DNA of 64,000 nucleotides from an uncultured Thiothrix sp. (GTDB lineage: Bacteria; Pseudomonadota; Gammaproteobacteria; Poriferisulfidales; GCA-002705445), in assembly GCA_902559815.1 (NCBI GenBank), contig CACEJE010000003.1:2520-66519 (forward strand), written 5' to 3'. Under the pieces are notes generated by a model, which saw only the letters and a list, made by a program, of their open reading frames with translations, had not been told where the DNA came from and did not search any database. Position numbers and translations under genes: made by a program. Each line of letters begins with the position of its first letter. The stretch's first letter is position 1. Below, piece after piece: positions 1 to 9,125 of the stretch.

Positions 1-1029
1 AGATTTTATAGTTATAATAAAACAAATTTACAAGATCCTAAGACAATTTTAAATAAAAGCCTTGAGCCATATAAGGTTTATTCGCCATTTTATAAACATT
101 GTAAGTCAATTTACCATCAGAAAAATGTATTAATATTCCCAAGAAAAAAAATAAATACATATAATATTAATGAAAAAAATTTTGAAATAGATAATATATT
201 TAATTTGCAGGATAATAAATGGGCAAATAAATTCAGCAAATATTGGAAGCCAGGAGAGACGTCAGCTCATAAGAAGCTAAAAGTATTTTATGAAAAATCT
301 TTATCCAATTATAAAGAAATTAGGGATTTCCCAGCTACAAATGGCACCTCAAAAATATCACCTCATCTTCGTTTTGGTGAGATCACTACAAATCAAATAA
401 TTAGTAATTTTAATTTCCACGAAAACCATATTTTAAGCAAACATGAAGAGCATTATATAAAAGAATTATATTGGAGAGAGTTTTCTTATTATATTCTTAG
501 TCATTTTCCTTATGTAGTAAATAAACCTTTTAATAAAAAATATGAAAAATTTCAATGGGAAAAAAATTATAGTGATAATCTTGCGAAGTGGAAAAATGGT
601 CGAACAGGCATAAAAATAGTTGACGCCGCTATGAAAGAGTTATGGGAAACAGGTTGGATGCATAATAGAACAAGAATGATTACTGCATCTTTTTTAACTA
701 AAAATTTATTAATACCTTGGCAAGAGGGTGAAAAATGGTTTAGAGATACTTTGTTAGATGCAGATATTGCCAATAATGTTATGGGTTGGCAATGGGTTTC
801 AGGTTGTGGTACTGATGCCGCACCTTATTTCAGAATATTTAATCCACTACTTCAAGAAAAAAAATTTGACCCAGATAATGAATACACTAAAAAGTGGTTA
901 AAAGATTTTGAATTATACGAGGACGGTGAAAATCAAGATTTATTTTGCAATCCAGATAAAATTAAACCTATCGTTGATTTAAGTACCTCAAGAAATAAAG
1001 CTCTAGAAAGATTTTCTAAAATTAAATAA
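1..1029 (+). CDS. phrB: Deoxyribodipyrimidine (CPD) photolyase, C-terminal FAD-binding part; 5' end lies outside the window
   Basis: Frame 1 is open from base 1, and the ORF track starts at an internal Met at 205. The upstream in-frame text 'LEPYKVYSPFYKHC' and the motifs 'SPHLRFGEIT', 'LYWREF', 'TGWMHNRTRMITASFLTKNL' and 'GWQWVSGCGTDAAPYFRIFNP' are class I photolyase/cryptochrome FAD-domain motifs. Confidence 0.9.
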   Translation, partial: RFYSYNKTNLQDPKTILNKSLEPYKVYSPFYKHCKSIYHQKNVLIFPRKKINTYNINEKNFEIDNIFNLQDNKWANKFSKYWKPGETSAHKKLKVFYEKSLSNYKEIRDFPATNGTSKISPHLRFGEITTNQIISNFNFHENHILSKHEEHYIKELYWREFSYYILSHFPYVVNKPFNKKYEKFQWEKNYSDNLAKWKNGRTGIKIVDAAMKELWETGWMHNRTRMITASFLTKNLLIPWQEGEKWFRDTLLDADIANNVMGWQWVSGCGTDAAPYFRIFNPLLQEKKFDPDNEYTKKWLKDFELYEDGENQDLFCNPDKIKPIVDLSTSRNKALERFSKIK

Positions 1030-1035
1030 AGTGCA

Positions 1036-2256
1036 TTAATTATATTTCTTTTTAATATAGTCATTTAAAATTTTTTTAAAATCTCCAGAAATATCATTGC
1101 CCTCTAGAGTTATTTCTTTTTTTCCATCAATGTATACAGGTGCGATGGGGTTTTCTCCTCTTCCAGGTAAACTTATTCCAATATCAGCGTGTTTACTTTC
1201 ACCTGGACCATTAACAACGCATCCCATAACTGAAATTTTTAAATTTTCAACACCAGGATAATTCTGTTTCCAACTCGGCATATTATCTTTAATATAATTA
1301 TCTATATCAAATGCTAACTTTTGAAAATAATCACTACTTGTTCTTCCGCAGCCTGGACAGGATGTAACATCAGGTAAAAAATATCTTATTCCCAAACTTT
1401 GTAAAATTAATTTAGCCACATCTACTTCTTTTGACCTTCTTCCATTTATATCAGTTGTTAAAGAGACTCTTATCGTGTCTCCTATACCATTTAATAATAA
1501 TGGTCCAAGCGCACAGGCAGAATAAACTATTCCTCTTTCGTTACTGCCTGCTTCCGTTAAACCTAAGTGAAGCGGATAGTCGCATAATTTTGATATTTTT
1601 TGATAAACATCAATTAATAAATTTACTTTACTTAATTTGCAAGAAATTATTATTTTATTTTTTTTTAGCCCAATTGATTCAGCAAATTTTGAACTTGCTA
1701 ATGCAGAATCAATTACTGTCTCACAAATAACCTCATCTAAGAGTTTAGGAGTTTTCAACAAGTTATTTGCATCCAGCTTTTCGGCTAATAATTCTTGATC
1801 TAAACTACCCCAGTTTACGCCGATTCTAATAGGTTTATCTAAATCACAGGCTACTTCAATCATTGATGAAAAATTTTTATCTTTTTTATTTTGTTTTCCA
1901 ACATTCCCTGGATTTATCCTAAATTTATCTAAATATTTAGCATCATTTGAATACTTTGTTAACAGAATATGGCCATTAAAATGAAAATCTCCAACGATAG
2001 GAACATTTATATCTAATTTATTTAACTTTTCTTTAATATACGGTACCGCCTTTATAGCTTCCGAGTCATTTACAGTCACTCTAATAATTTCTGAACCTGC
2101 GTTAAAAAGTTCAACGATTTGATTAGTTGTTTTATCTATCTCAGATGTATTAGTATCAGTCATTGATTGAATGACAATTGGATTATTTCCACCAACTTTA
2201 ACATCACCTATACAAACTTCATTTGATTTTCTTCTATTTATATTGTTATCACTCAT
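1036..2256 (-). CDS. ispG: 4-hydroxy-3-methylbut-2-en-1-yl diphosphate synthase (MEP pathway)
   Basis: Full-length GcpE/IspG-like sequence with 'RRKSNEVCIGDVKVGGNNPIVIQSMTDT' and Fe-S cysteines in 'SCPGCGRT' and 'GCVVNGPGE'. ATG at 2256 (MSDNN) is preferred over the GTG at 2271. Confidence 0.92.
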   Translation of the reverse strand: MSDNNINRRKSNEVCIGDVKVGGNNPIVIQSMTDTNTSEIDKTTNQIVELFNAGSEIIRVTVNDSEAIKAVPYIKEKLNKLDINVPIVGDFHFNGHILLTKYSNDAKYLDKFRINPGNVGKQNKKDKNFSSMIEVACDLDKPIRIGVNWGSLDQELLAEKLDANNLLKTPKLLDEVICETVIDSALASSKFAESIGLKKNKIIISCKLSKVNLLIDVYQKISKLCDYPLHLGLTEAGSNERGIVYSACALGPLLLNGIGDTIRVSLTTDINGRRSKEVDVAKLILQSLGIRYFLPDVTSCPGCGRTSSDYFQKLAFDIDNYIKDNMPSWKQNYPGVENLKISVMGCVVNGPGESKHADIGISLPGRGENPIAPVYIDGKKEITLEGNDISGDFKKILNDYIKKKYN

Positions 2257-2298
2257 GTGTATTATTATCACACGAACATTTAATAATTGGGAGTATTT

Positions 2299-2946
2299 AT
2301 GAAAGGTTTCTTTATAACTGGAACAGATACTGACGTAGGAAAAACTTGGTTTATGCTCAAATTTGGGGAACTATTAATCGAGAATAATATTAAATTTCAC
2401 TATTTAAAACCAGTAGAATCAGGTTGCGAGATTATCAACAACCAACCAACTCCAAATGATGCATTACAATTCTCAAAACTAGAAAATGTTTCACTTGATA
2501 AAATATGTAAGTACAAGTTTAAAGCTTATGCATCTCCACCCAAAGCTGCTCAATTAGAAAACAGGGAAATTGAACTTAAAAACATAATAAAATTCATAGA
2601 ATCAAATAAACTGACAAACTCAAAACACTATAATTTAATTGAGGGATGTGGGGGGTTTTTTTCTCCTATAGCAAAAGGTAAATTATCTTCAGACCTTGCA
2701 GTTGAGCTAAATTTACCTATTATATTAGTTGTAAAGAATATTTTAGGATGTATAAATCATACTTTAATGTCTTTAAAATCTATAGAAAACTTAAATTTGA
2801 AGACTCAATTTATTGTGCTTAATGATACTAAAGAAAACACCATCCTTGATAATTATCAAGAACTATCATCGTTTACAAATATTCCCATTATTAAATTAGG
2901 TTATAATAAAAAAATTAAACCAGTGATACTTAACTATCTTAAATAA
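2299..2946 (+). CDS. bioD: Dethiobiotin synthetase
   Basis: Contains the P-loop 'FFITGTDTDVGKT' and 'IEGCGGFFSP'. The ATG at 2299 is preceded by GGGAG, and the track start at 2287 is a TTG. Confidence 0.85.
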   Translation: MKGFFITGTDTDVGKTWFMLKFGELLIENNIKFHYLKPVESGCEIINNQPTPNDALQFSKLENVSLDKICKYKFKAYASPPKAAQLENREIELKNIIKFIESNKLTNSKHYNLIEGCGGFFSPIAKGKLSSDLAVELNLPIILVVKNILGCINHTLMSLKSIENLNLKTQFIVLNDTKENTILDNYQELSSFTNIPIIKLGYNKKIKPVILNYLK

Positions 2947-3765
2947 ATGCCAGAATTACCAGAAGTACAAACCACACTGAATGGTATAAAAAAATTTATT
3001 CTAAATAAAAGAATAAAGAAATGTGACGTTTATGTAAAAAAACTAAGATGGGAGCTACAAAAGGACCTAAGTACTAGAATAAATAATGCTAAAATTACAG
3101 ATATAAGAAGAAAAGCGAAATATATTATTCTATGTGGAGAAAATTTTTATTTGCTTTTTCATTTAGGTATGACCGGGACATTAAGGATTGCAAAGAAAAA
3201 TAATGAATTAAAAAAGCACGACCATTTTGAAATTGAAATTAATAAAAAATGCTTGTTAAGATTTAATGACCCTAGAAAATTCGGTATGATTTATTGCTCC
3301 CACAGTTGGAAATCTCTTTCTGAAAGATTCTTTTTAAATATAGGACCTGAACCTTTATCTAACAATTTTTCTTCAGAATACCTTTTTTCTATTTCACGAA
3401 ATAAAAATGTAGCTATTAAAACTTTGTTGATGAATGCAAAAAACGTTGCTGGTATTGGGAATATTTATGCATCTGAAGCACTTTTTGTAGCTAAAATTCG
3501 TCCTCAAAAAAAATCTAAAAAATTATCAAAAAATAATTGCAAAAATTTAGTTAGAGCTATAAAAAGTGTTCTTAAAAAAGCAATAGAAAAAGGTGGGTCG
3601 TCAATTAATGATTATATAAATGCAGATGGTAGAAGCGGATATTTTCAGTATGACTTTAAAGTATATGGCAGAACATCTCTGCCCTGCCATATTTGTCAAA
3701 GTAACATTCTACAAATAAAAATAAATCAGAGATCTAGTTTCTATTGCAGAAATTGTCAAAAATAA
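2947..3765 (+). CDS. mutM: Formamidopyrimidine-DNA glycosylase
   Basis: Catalytic N-terminus 'MPELPEV', an H2TH region, and a C-terminal zinc finger 'CHICQ...YCRNCQ'. It starts immediately after the bioD stop. Confidence 0.92.
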   Translation: MPELPEVQTTLNGIKKFILNKRIKKCDVYVKKLRWELQKDLSTRINNAKITDIRRKAKYIILCGENFYLLFHLGMTGTLRIAKKNNELKKHDHFEIEINKKCLLRFNDPRKFGMIYCSHSWKSLSERFFLNIGPEPLSNNFSSEYLFSISRNKNVAIKTLLMNAKNVAGIGNIYASEALFVAKIRPQKKSKKLSKNNCKNLVRAIKSVLKKAIEKGGSSINDYINADGRSGYFQYDFKVYGRTSLPCHICQSNILQIKINQRSSFYCRNCQK

Positions 3766-3769
3766 TTAA

Positions 3770-3952
3770 CTATTTCTTTTGCTGCTCATAGAACATTTGA
3801 TTTAATCTATGAGAGTTTGCATCAGCAGCAGATATAGCTTGTTTTGCTGTTTCTTCAACTAACTCTAATCTATCTAATAACGCTTGATCAACTCCACATC
3901 CCGAAAGAAGTAGTGCTGCAGATAGCCCTAGAAATGTTTTTATTTTTCTCAT
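3770..3952 (-). CDS. Small Lpp/OprI-like outer-membrane lipoprotein
   Basis: Signal peptide plus lipobox 'LLLSGC', a short helical mature part ('AADANSHRLNQ' resembles the Lpp 'AARANQRLDN' region), and a C-terminal Lys ('QQKK'). A strong AGGAGG sits 6 nt upstream of the ATG. Confidence 0.6.
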   Translation of the reverse strand: MRKIKTFLGLSAALLLSGCGVDQALLDRLELVEETAKQAISAADANSHRLNQMFYEQQKK

Positions 3953-4141
3953 TGAAGCCTCCTTTATTATTATTTAAGCTTAAATCCCATTTGGGATTTT
4001 TCACTATAGCAAATTGTTAATTGTAATCAAAGGTAAAACAACTTATTCATCTACAAAAACTTGGGTCTAGACTGTAAAAATTTTGTCTAGACACAAGATT
4101 TATTTATAAAATAGGAGGACTTAACTAACTTTAATTAAAGA

Positions 4142-4161
4142 GAAAGCCATCCTTGGCTTTC
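4142..4161 (-). terminator. Hairpin gaaagcca-(tcct)-tggctttc downstream of the 29-codon ORF (weak terminator candidate)
   Basis: Perfect 8-bp stem read directly from the sequence. On the minus strand it is followed by a T-containing stretch (tctttaatt) rather than a clean U-tract. Confidence 0.3.
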
Positions 4162-4180
4162 AATTCTTTATAAAAAACAA

Positions 4181-4270
4181 CTACTTACCTAAGCATTGCC
4201 TAATTAGACACATTGAGGCTACTGCCCAAACACCTAACATCAAAATAATTTCAAACATAATACCGTCCAT
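4181..4270 (-). CDS. Candidate 29-aa hydrophobic peptide (MDGIMFEIILMLGVWAVASMCLIRQCLGK)
   Basis: Translated by hand. It has an ATG start and TAG stop, one predicted TM helix, and a hairpin 20 nt after the stop. It lies in an otherwise empty 384-bp spacer. No recognisable Shine-Dalgarno sequence. Confidence 0.25.
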   Translation of the reverse strand: MDGIMFEIILMLGVWAVASMCLIRQCLGK

Positions 4271-4336
4271 GTAAATAATAATAATAATATATTAGAATAT
4301 ATTAATATAATATTATTACTTGTCAACTATTTTTTT

Positions 4337-4813
4337 CTAATATTTTGACTGCAGGGCTTCTTTGACATCCTTGTTAACAAAAGCTGAAATATCACCGCCA
4401 AACCTTGCAATTTCCTTTACAAGTGATGATGATAAAAAAGCATAAGATTCAGAGGGCGTTAAAAATACAGATTCAATTTTACTATTTAGTTTCTTGTTCA
4501 TGCTGGACATTTGGAACTCGTATTCAAAATCAGATACTACTCTTAATCCTCTTAAAATTGCTTTGGCTTTCAATTTTTCAGCAAAATCTACTAATAAACC
4601 ATCAAACCCAATAACTTCTACATTCTTTATGCCTTCTAAGGACTTTTTTGCTAAGGAAATCCTTTCGGATGCAGTAAAAATAGTTTCCTTGTTAGATTTT
4701 TCGACTACACAAACATAAACTTTCTCAAATATATTTGATACAGCTCTTTGCACTAAATCTCTATGTCCATTTGTAAATGGGTCAAATGTTCCAGGATAAA
4801 CAGCAATTGTCAT
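4337..4813 (-). CDS. coaD: Phosphopantetheine adenylyltransferase
   Basis: 'AVYPGTFDPFTNGHRDLV' nucleotidyltransferase motif, with full-length similarity to CoaD. Confidence 0.93.
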   Translation of the reverse strand: MTIAVYPGTFDPFTNGHRDLVQRAVSNIFEKVYVCVVEKSNKETIFTASERISLAKKSLEGIKNVEVIGFDGLLVDFAEKLKAKAILRGLRVVSDFEYEFQMSSMNKKLNSKIESVFLTPSESYAFLSSSLVKEIARFGGDISAFVNKDVKEALQSKY

Positions 4814-4842
4814 ATTAAAGTTCCGATTATTTAAAACTCATA

Positions 4843-5439
4843 TTATATCATAGGTTTATTAAGCTCATAAAGTAAGTAAGAAACATCACCTGATTTACTA
4901 TTTTTTATTAAATTCCAATTAGCAGGAACGGTAATATCATATTCTTCATTTTTAGAAAATGGTAACTCAATATATATTTTACATTTATCTTGCATAACAT
5001 TTGAGTCATCAACTTCCTTTATAATATTATCTATTGATTTATAACTAAACGGCGGATCTAAAAAGACAATATTACATTTTTCTTCTATTTTTTCTAAAAA
5101 CTCAAATGCATCAACTTTATAAGTATAAATGTTTGTAGCTTTTAAACTTTTTATGCAATTCTTAATGGTATTTATAACATCAGCATTCTTATCAATCATA
5201 TATACCTTGCGAGCTCCTCTTGATGCAGCTTCAAAACCTAGTGAACCACTACCTGCATATAAATCAAGACAAACAGATTGATCAATATCATTTTTTAACC
5301 AATTAAATAATGTTTCTTTAATTATATTTTTTGTTGGACGAACATCTTTATCTTCAAAAAAATCTATAATTCTTCCTTTCCAGGTTCCAGCAATTATTTT
5401 AACACGAAGATTCTTTTTTTTATTTTTTTGCTTTTTCAT
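4843..5439 (-). CDS. rsmD: 16S rRNA (guanine966-N2)-methyltransferase
   Basis: 'LDLYAGSGSLGFEAASRGA' SAM-binding motif and 'VFLDPPF' catalytic motif. It sits upstream of coaD, as in many gammaproteobacteria. ATG at 5439 is preferred over the TTG at 5445. Confidence 0.85.
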   Translation of the reverse strand: MKKQKNKKKNLRVKIIAGTWKGRIIDFFEDKDVRPTKNIIKETLFNWLKNDIDQSVCLDLYAGSGSLGFEAASRGARKVYMIDKNADVINTIKNCIKSLKATNIYTYKVDAFEFLEKIEEKCNIVFLDPPFSYKSIDNIIKEVDDSNVMQDKCKIYIELPFSKNEEYDITVPANWNLIKNSKSGDVSYLLYELNKPMI

Positions 5440-6739
5440 TACCAACTACCAAAGTAGTCATTTTATTTATATCAATTTCATTTTGAAGCGCATTAATGAT
5501 GTCTTTTTTTGAAATACTTGATATTTTTTTTACAAAAGTATTTAAGTAATCTATTGGTAAGTTATAATAATTTATCATTGATAAATAGTTCAATATATCC
5601 TTATTACTATCAATTCTTAATGGGAATCCATTAATAATAGATTCTTTTGCGTGATTAATTTCTTTATCAGTTGGTCCTTTTGATACAAAATCTTTTAACA
5701 TTTTATTAATTATCTCAACAGACTTTTGTGCTTGTTCGGCTTTAGTCTCAATACCAATAACAAATGGGCCTAGCTCTTTCATAGGATAAATATAACTGTA
5801 AACACCATACGTCAAGCCTCTTTTTACTCTTAGTTCTTGCATCAATCTTGCATTAAAGCCACTTCCACCAAAGATATAATTTCCGACGTACAATGGTAGT
5901 TGATTTTTTGAACCTCGTTTAATTGACAGTCCGCCTATATAAATATGTGCTTGCTGTGAATTGAATTTTTTGAAAACATACTTTTCTTTTGTTTTTTCTT
6001 TTGAGACTGTTTTGGTTTTATTAATTTTAGTCTTTTTATTAAGAGACTGTGATATTTTCTCTGATAGCTTTATAACGTCATCATCTTTTAAGGATGAAAC
6101 TATAACAATCGAGGCATTTCCTGCGTTTATATAATTTTTATAAAATTCAACAATTGCTTTTCTATTAATTTTTTTTATATCTTTCTCAAAACCAATAGTT
6201 GGTGAGGCGTACGGATGGTTATTATAAATTTCTTTAAAAAAAGTATTGATAGATAATTCTCCAGGATCAGTTTTATCCTCTATTATAGATGATATTGTTC
6301 TTTGCTTATGTAAATCGATTTCTTTTTGTGGAAAATTACTATCAGATAAAATACTTAAAAACATCTTAATTGCTGGATTATAATATTTTTTTTCTGTCAA
6401 AGATCTTAATGAGATTGAGGATTGATCTTTGTTTACAGATGTAGAAAATATTGCTCCAGTGGATTCAAAGATTGAGGCTATATCTTCTGAGCTCATTTTT
6501 GCTGTTCCTTCATCTAATAAATTATGAGTTATCATTGATAACCCTTTAAAGTCACCATCTCTATTTGATCCAGCATCAAAGGTTATCTTAATATCAATCA
6601 TTGGTATATTTTCTGATTTTGAATACAAAACCTTTACACCATTTGTTGTTTGATAATTATTTACTTCAACGTTAGCCTGTGTAATATTTGTGATTGTCAT
6701 AATTACTATTAAATTTAAAATTTTTTTTATGTTATTCAT
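5420..6739 (-). CDS. M16-family (pitrilysin-like) peptidase, non-catalytic-type subunit
   Basis: Signal peptide and M16 fold. The zinc-motif position reads 'ITHNLLDEGT' (no HxxEH). It is paired with the catalytic paralog upstream. Confidence 0.8.
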   Translation of the reverse strand: MNNIKKILNLIVIMTITNITQANVEVNNYQTTNGVKVLYSKSENIPMIDIKITFDAGSNRDGDFKGLSMITHNLLDEGTAKMSSEDIASIFESTGAIFSTSVNKDQSSISLRSLTEKKYYNPAIKMFLSILSDSNFPQKEIDLHKQRTISSIIEDKTDPGELSINTFFKEIYNNHPYASPTIGFEKDIKKINRKAIVEFYKNYINAGNASIVIVSSLKDDDVIKLSEKISQSLNKKTKINKTKTVSKEKTKEKYVFKKFNSQQAHIYIGGLSIKRGSKNQLPLYVGNYIFGGSGFNARLMQELRVKRGLTYGVYSYIYPMKELGPFVIGIETKAEQAQKSVEIINKMLKDFVSKGPTDKEINHAKESIINGFPLRIDSNKDILNYLSMINYYNLPIDYLNTFVKKISSISKKDIINALQNEIDINKMTTLVVGNEKAKK

Positions 6740-6743
6740 TTAT

Positions 6744-8090
6744 TTAATCGTTTACCGAAACAGATGTTTTTAAACTTGAAATTAAATATTTTTTTGCGAC
6801 TGCGCGGACTTGTTCTGCAGTTACAGAATTAATGTTTGCGGTATAATCCTCAATTATCTTTATGTCTCCAATTGAGGTCTTAGCCATTCCCAAAATTCTT
6901 GCTTGGTAGTCTATTGAATCCTGTTGGTAAACCTCGTACGCAAGAACTTGGGCTTTAATTCTATCAAGTTCTTTGTTCGTTACTAATTTTGTTTGAAGAT
7001 CAACAATTATTTTGTCTAATTCGTTTTTTACAGAACTAATTTTTTTTCCGACTATTGGGTTTACATCTATCATAAATAACGGATCATATCTTGCAAACAA
7101 AGAGTATCCAGAGTCAGCATAACTGGCAAGCTTTTTATCTCTAACTAATATCTTTTGTAATCTTGAATTTTGCCCACTACTAAGTATTCCAGATAAAACA
7201 GATAAAGCATAGCACTCCCACGAATCAATATTTTTATTATTTATACTTGGTACTTTATAACCAAGTATTAAATAAGATGGCTTGTCTTTAATTTTAATAG
7301 AAATATCTTTTTCACCAAATTGAAATGGCTCGGCTCTATCTAATCTTGTGGTGATATTTTTATTTTTTTTGTTACCATAATATTTATCTATTAATTTAAA
7401 TGTTTTTTCAAAATCTATATCTCCAACAATAACTACTGTAGCATTATTTGGTGCATACCAATTTTGATACCAATCAGATATATCTTTTTCGGTCATATTA
7501 TTTAAATCTTCCATCCAGCCTATTATCGGATCGTGATAAGAACTATTATTATAAGCACTAGCATATAACTGCTCATAAGCTATACCCTCTGGCTGATCAT
7601 CTGTTCTTAACCTACGCTCTTCTTTTATTACCTCAATTTCTTTATTAAAATCATCCTTATTAATTACTAAATTTGACATCCTGTCAGATTCCAATCTAAT
7701 TGCATCTTCTAAATAATCTGAAGGTAAAGTCTGATAATATGCTGTATAATCTTTACTGGTAAAAGCATTCTCTCTTCCACCCAACTTCGAAATAATTTCA
7801 GAAAATATACCACCAGGATTTTTTTTTGTTCCTTTAAACATCATATGTTCTAAAGCGTGAGACAACCCAGTTTTACCAGAATATTCGTCCGCAGAACCAA
7901 TTTTATACCATATATGACTTGTAACAACTGGCGCTCTAGAATCTTTTTTTAAAATAATATGCATACCATTATCAAGTGTTCTTTCCATGATTTCAGACCT
8001 CGCAGCAAAGGGAATAATGAAGAAAAACAAAAATACAGTTTTTACAAAAAAATTATATTTTAAATTTTTAAAAATAAAAAAAAAGTTCAT
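6744..8090 (-). CDS. M16-family zinc peptidase, catalytic-type subunit
   Basis: Inverted zinc motif HxxEH in 'SHALEHMMFKGT', with an N-terminal hydrophobic signal. Confidence 0.85.
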   Translation of the reverse strand: MNFFFIFKNLKYNFFVKTVFLFFFIIPFAARSEIMERTLDNGMHIILKKDSRAPVVTSHIWYKIGSADEYSGKTGLSHALEHMMFKGTKKNPGGIFSEIISKLGGRENAFTSKDYTAYYQTLPSDYLEDAIRLESDRMSNLVINKDDFNKEIEVIKEERRLRTDDQPEGIAYEQLYASAYNNSSYHDPIIGWMEDLNNMTEKDISDWYQNWYAPNNATVVIVGDIDFEKTFKLIDKYYGNKKNKNITTRLDRAEPFQFGEKDISIKIKDKPSYLILGYKVPSINNKNIDSWECYALSVLSGILSSGQNSRLQKILVRDKKLASYADSGYSLFARYDPLFMIDVNPIVGKKISSVKNELDKIIVDLQTKLVTNKELDRIKAQVLAYEVYQQDSIDYQARILGMAKTSIGDIKIIEDYTANINSVTAEQVRAVAKKYLISSLKTSVSVND

Positions 8091-8231
8091 ACAAAATTCC
8101 TTTTAGATTTACAAAAAATTATAGCCAAGTAATAATATGACAATATATCACAAAATAAATGTAAAAATAGTAATATATTATAAATTAATTATATATTAAG
8201 TAATTGATTTTATTACTCTTTATTCAAGTTA

Positions 8232-8259
8232 TTGAAAATAATTAGCACTCTTGTATAAT
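8232..8259 (+). promoter_or_regulatory. Sigma70-like promoter of rpoH (TTGAAA-16 nt-TATAAT)
   Basis: TTGAAA at 8232-8237 and TATAAT at 8254-8259, read directly. The -10 element lies in the spacer of a perfect 10-bp inverted repeat (8241-8250 / 8260-8269). Confidence 0.45.
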
Positions 8260-8288
8260 GAGTGCTAATAAAACATTTTAAAAAAATT

Positions 8289-9125
8289 ATGGTTAAAGCG
8301 CTAGAGTACAAAAATCATACACTCCCTTCATGCACAGGGAGTATTGATATATATATTAATCACGTTATGTCTATACCTGTGTTATCTACAGAAGAAGAAG
8401 TTGCGCTTGCAAAAAATCTAAAAGAAACTAATGATTTAGAGTCAGCTAAGAAATTAATTATGCATAATTTAAGATACGTTGTGTATATAGCAAAAAGTTA
8501 CAGCGGATATGGTTTAAACCTAAGCGATTTAATTCAAGAAGGAAATGTTGGTTTAATGAAGGCTGTTAAAAAATATAATCCTGAAAAAAATCTTAAACTC
8601 ATTACGTTTGCTGTTTACTGGATAAAATCTGAGATTCATGAGTTTGTAATTAAAAATTGGAAAATAGTTAAAATTGCAACAACAAAAACTCAGAGAAAAC
8701 TTTTTTTTAATTTAAGATCAAAAAAATCATCTCTCTCTAATTTGACTGCTAAAGAAGCTTCGTCAATTGCAAAAGATCTTTCTGTTCCTGTTAAAGATGT
8801 AATAGAAATGGAAAAAAGAATGGGTAATTATGACATTGCTATGGATGATAATGATGAAGAAAACATGACTCCATCTGATTTCTTAAAAAGTTCAGAGCTT
8901 GAGCCTGATGAAATTATAGAGAATACTGAAAAAGATTTAGTTACTAAAAAACTTTATAAAATTATTAATACCTTAGATCAAAGAAGTAAAGACATTATAG
9001 AAAGTAGATGGCTAGCTGAAGAAAAAACAACATTAGAAGATTTATCTAAGAAATATGGAATCTCTAGAGAAAGAGTTAGACAAATTGAAAATGAGTCAAT
9101 CCTTAAACTTAAAAATAATTTTTAG
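8289..9125 (+). CDS. rpoH: RNA polymerase sigma-32 (heat-shock sigma factor)
   Basis: 'LIQEGNVGLMKAVKKYNP', the RpoH box 'TKTQRKLFFNLRS', and region 4.2 'ISRERVRQIE'. ATG at 8289 is preferred because the GTG at 8262 lies inside the predicted promoter/TSS region. Confidence 0.9.
   Translation: MVKALEYKNHTLPSCTGSIDIYINHVMSIPVLSTEEEVALAKNLKETNDLESAKKLIMHNLRYVVYIAKSYSGYGLNLSDLIQEGNVGLMKAVKKYNPEKNLKLITFAVYWIKSEIHEFVIKNWKIVKIATTKTQRKLFFNLRSKKSSLSNLTAKEASSIAKDLSVPVKDVIEMEKRMGNYDIAMDDNDEENMTPSDFLKSSELEPDEIIENTEKDLVTKKLYKIINTLDQRSKDIIESRWLAEEKTTLEDLSKKYGISRERVRQIENESILKLKNNF

Noticed and set aside
8262-8288. The GTG at 8262 as the rpoH start (the ORF-track start, MLIKHFKKIM...).
   Set aside because: It lies 3 nt after the predicted -10 hexamer (8254-8259), i.e. 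at or before the expected transcription start. The ATG at 8289 gives an N-terminus comparable to known RpoH proteins.
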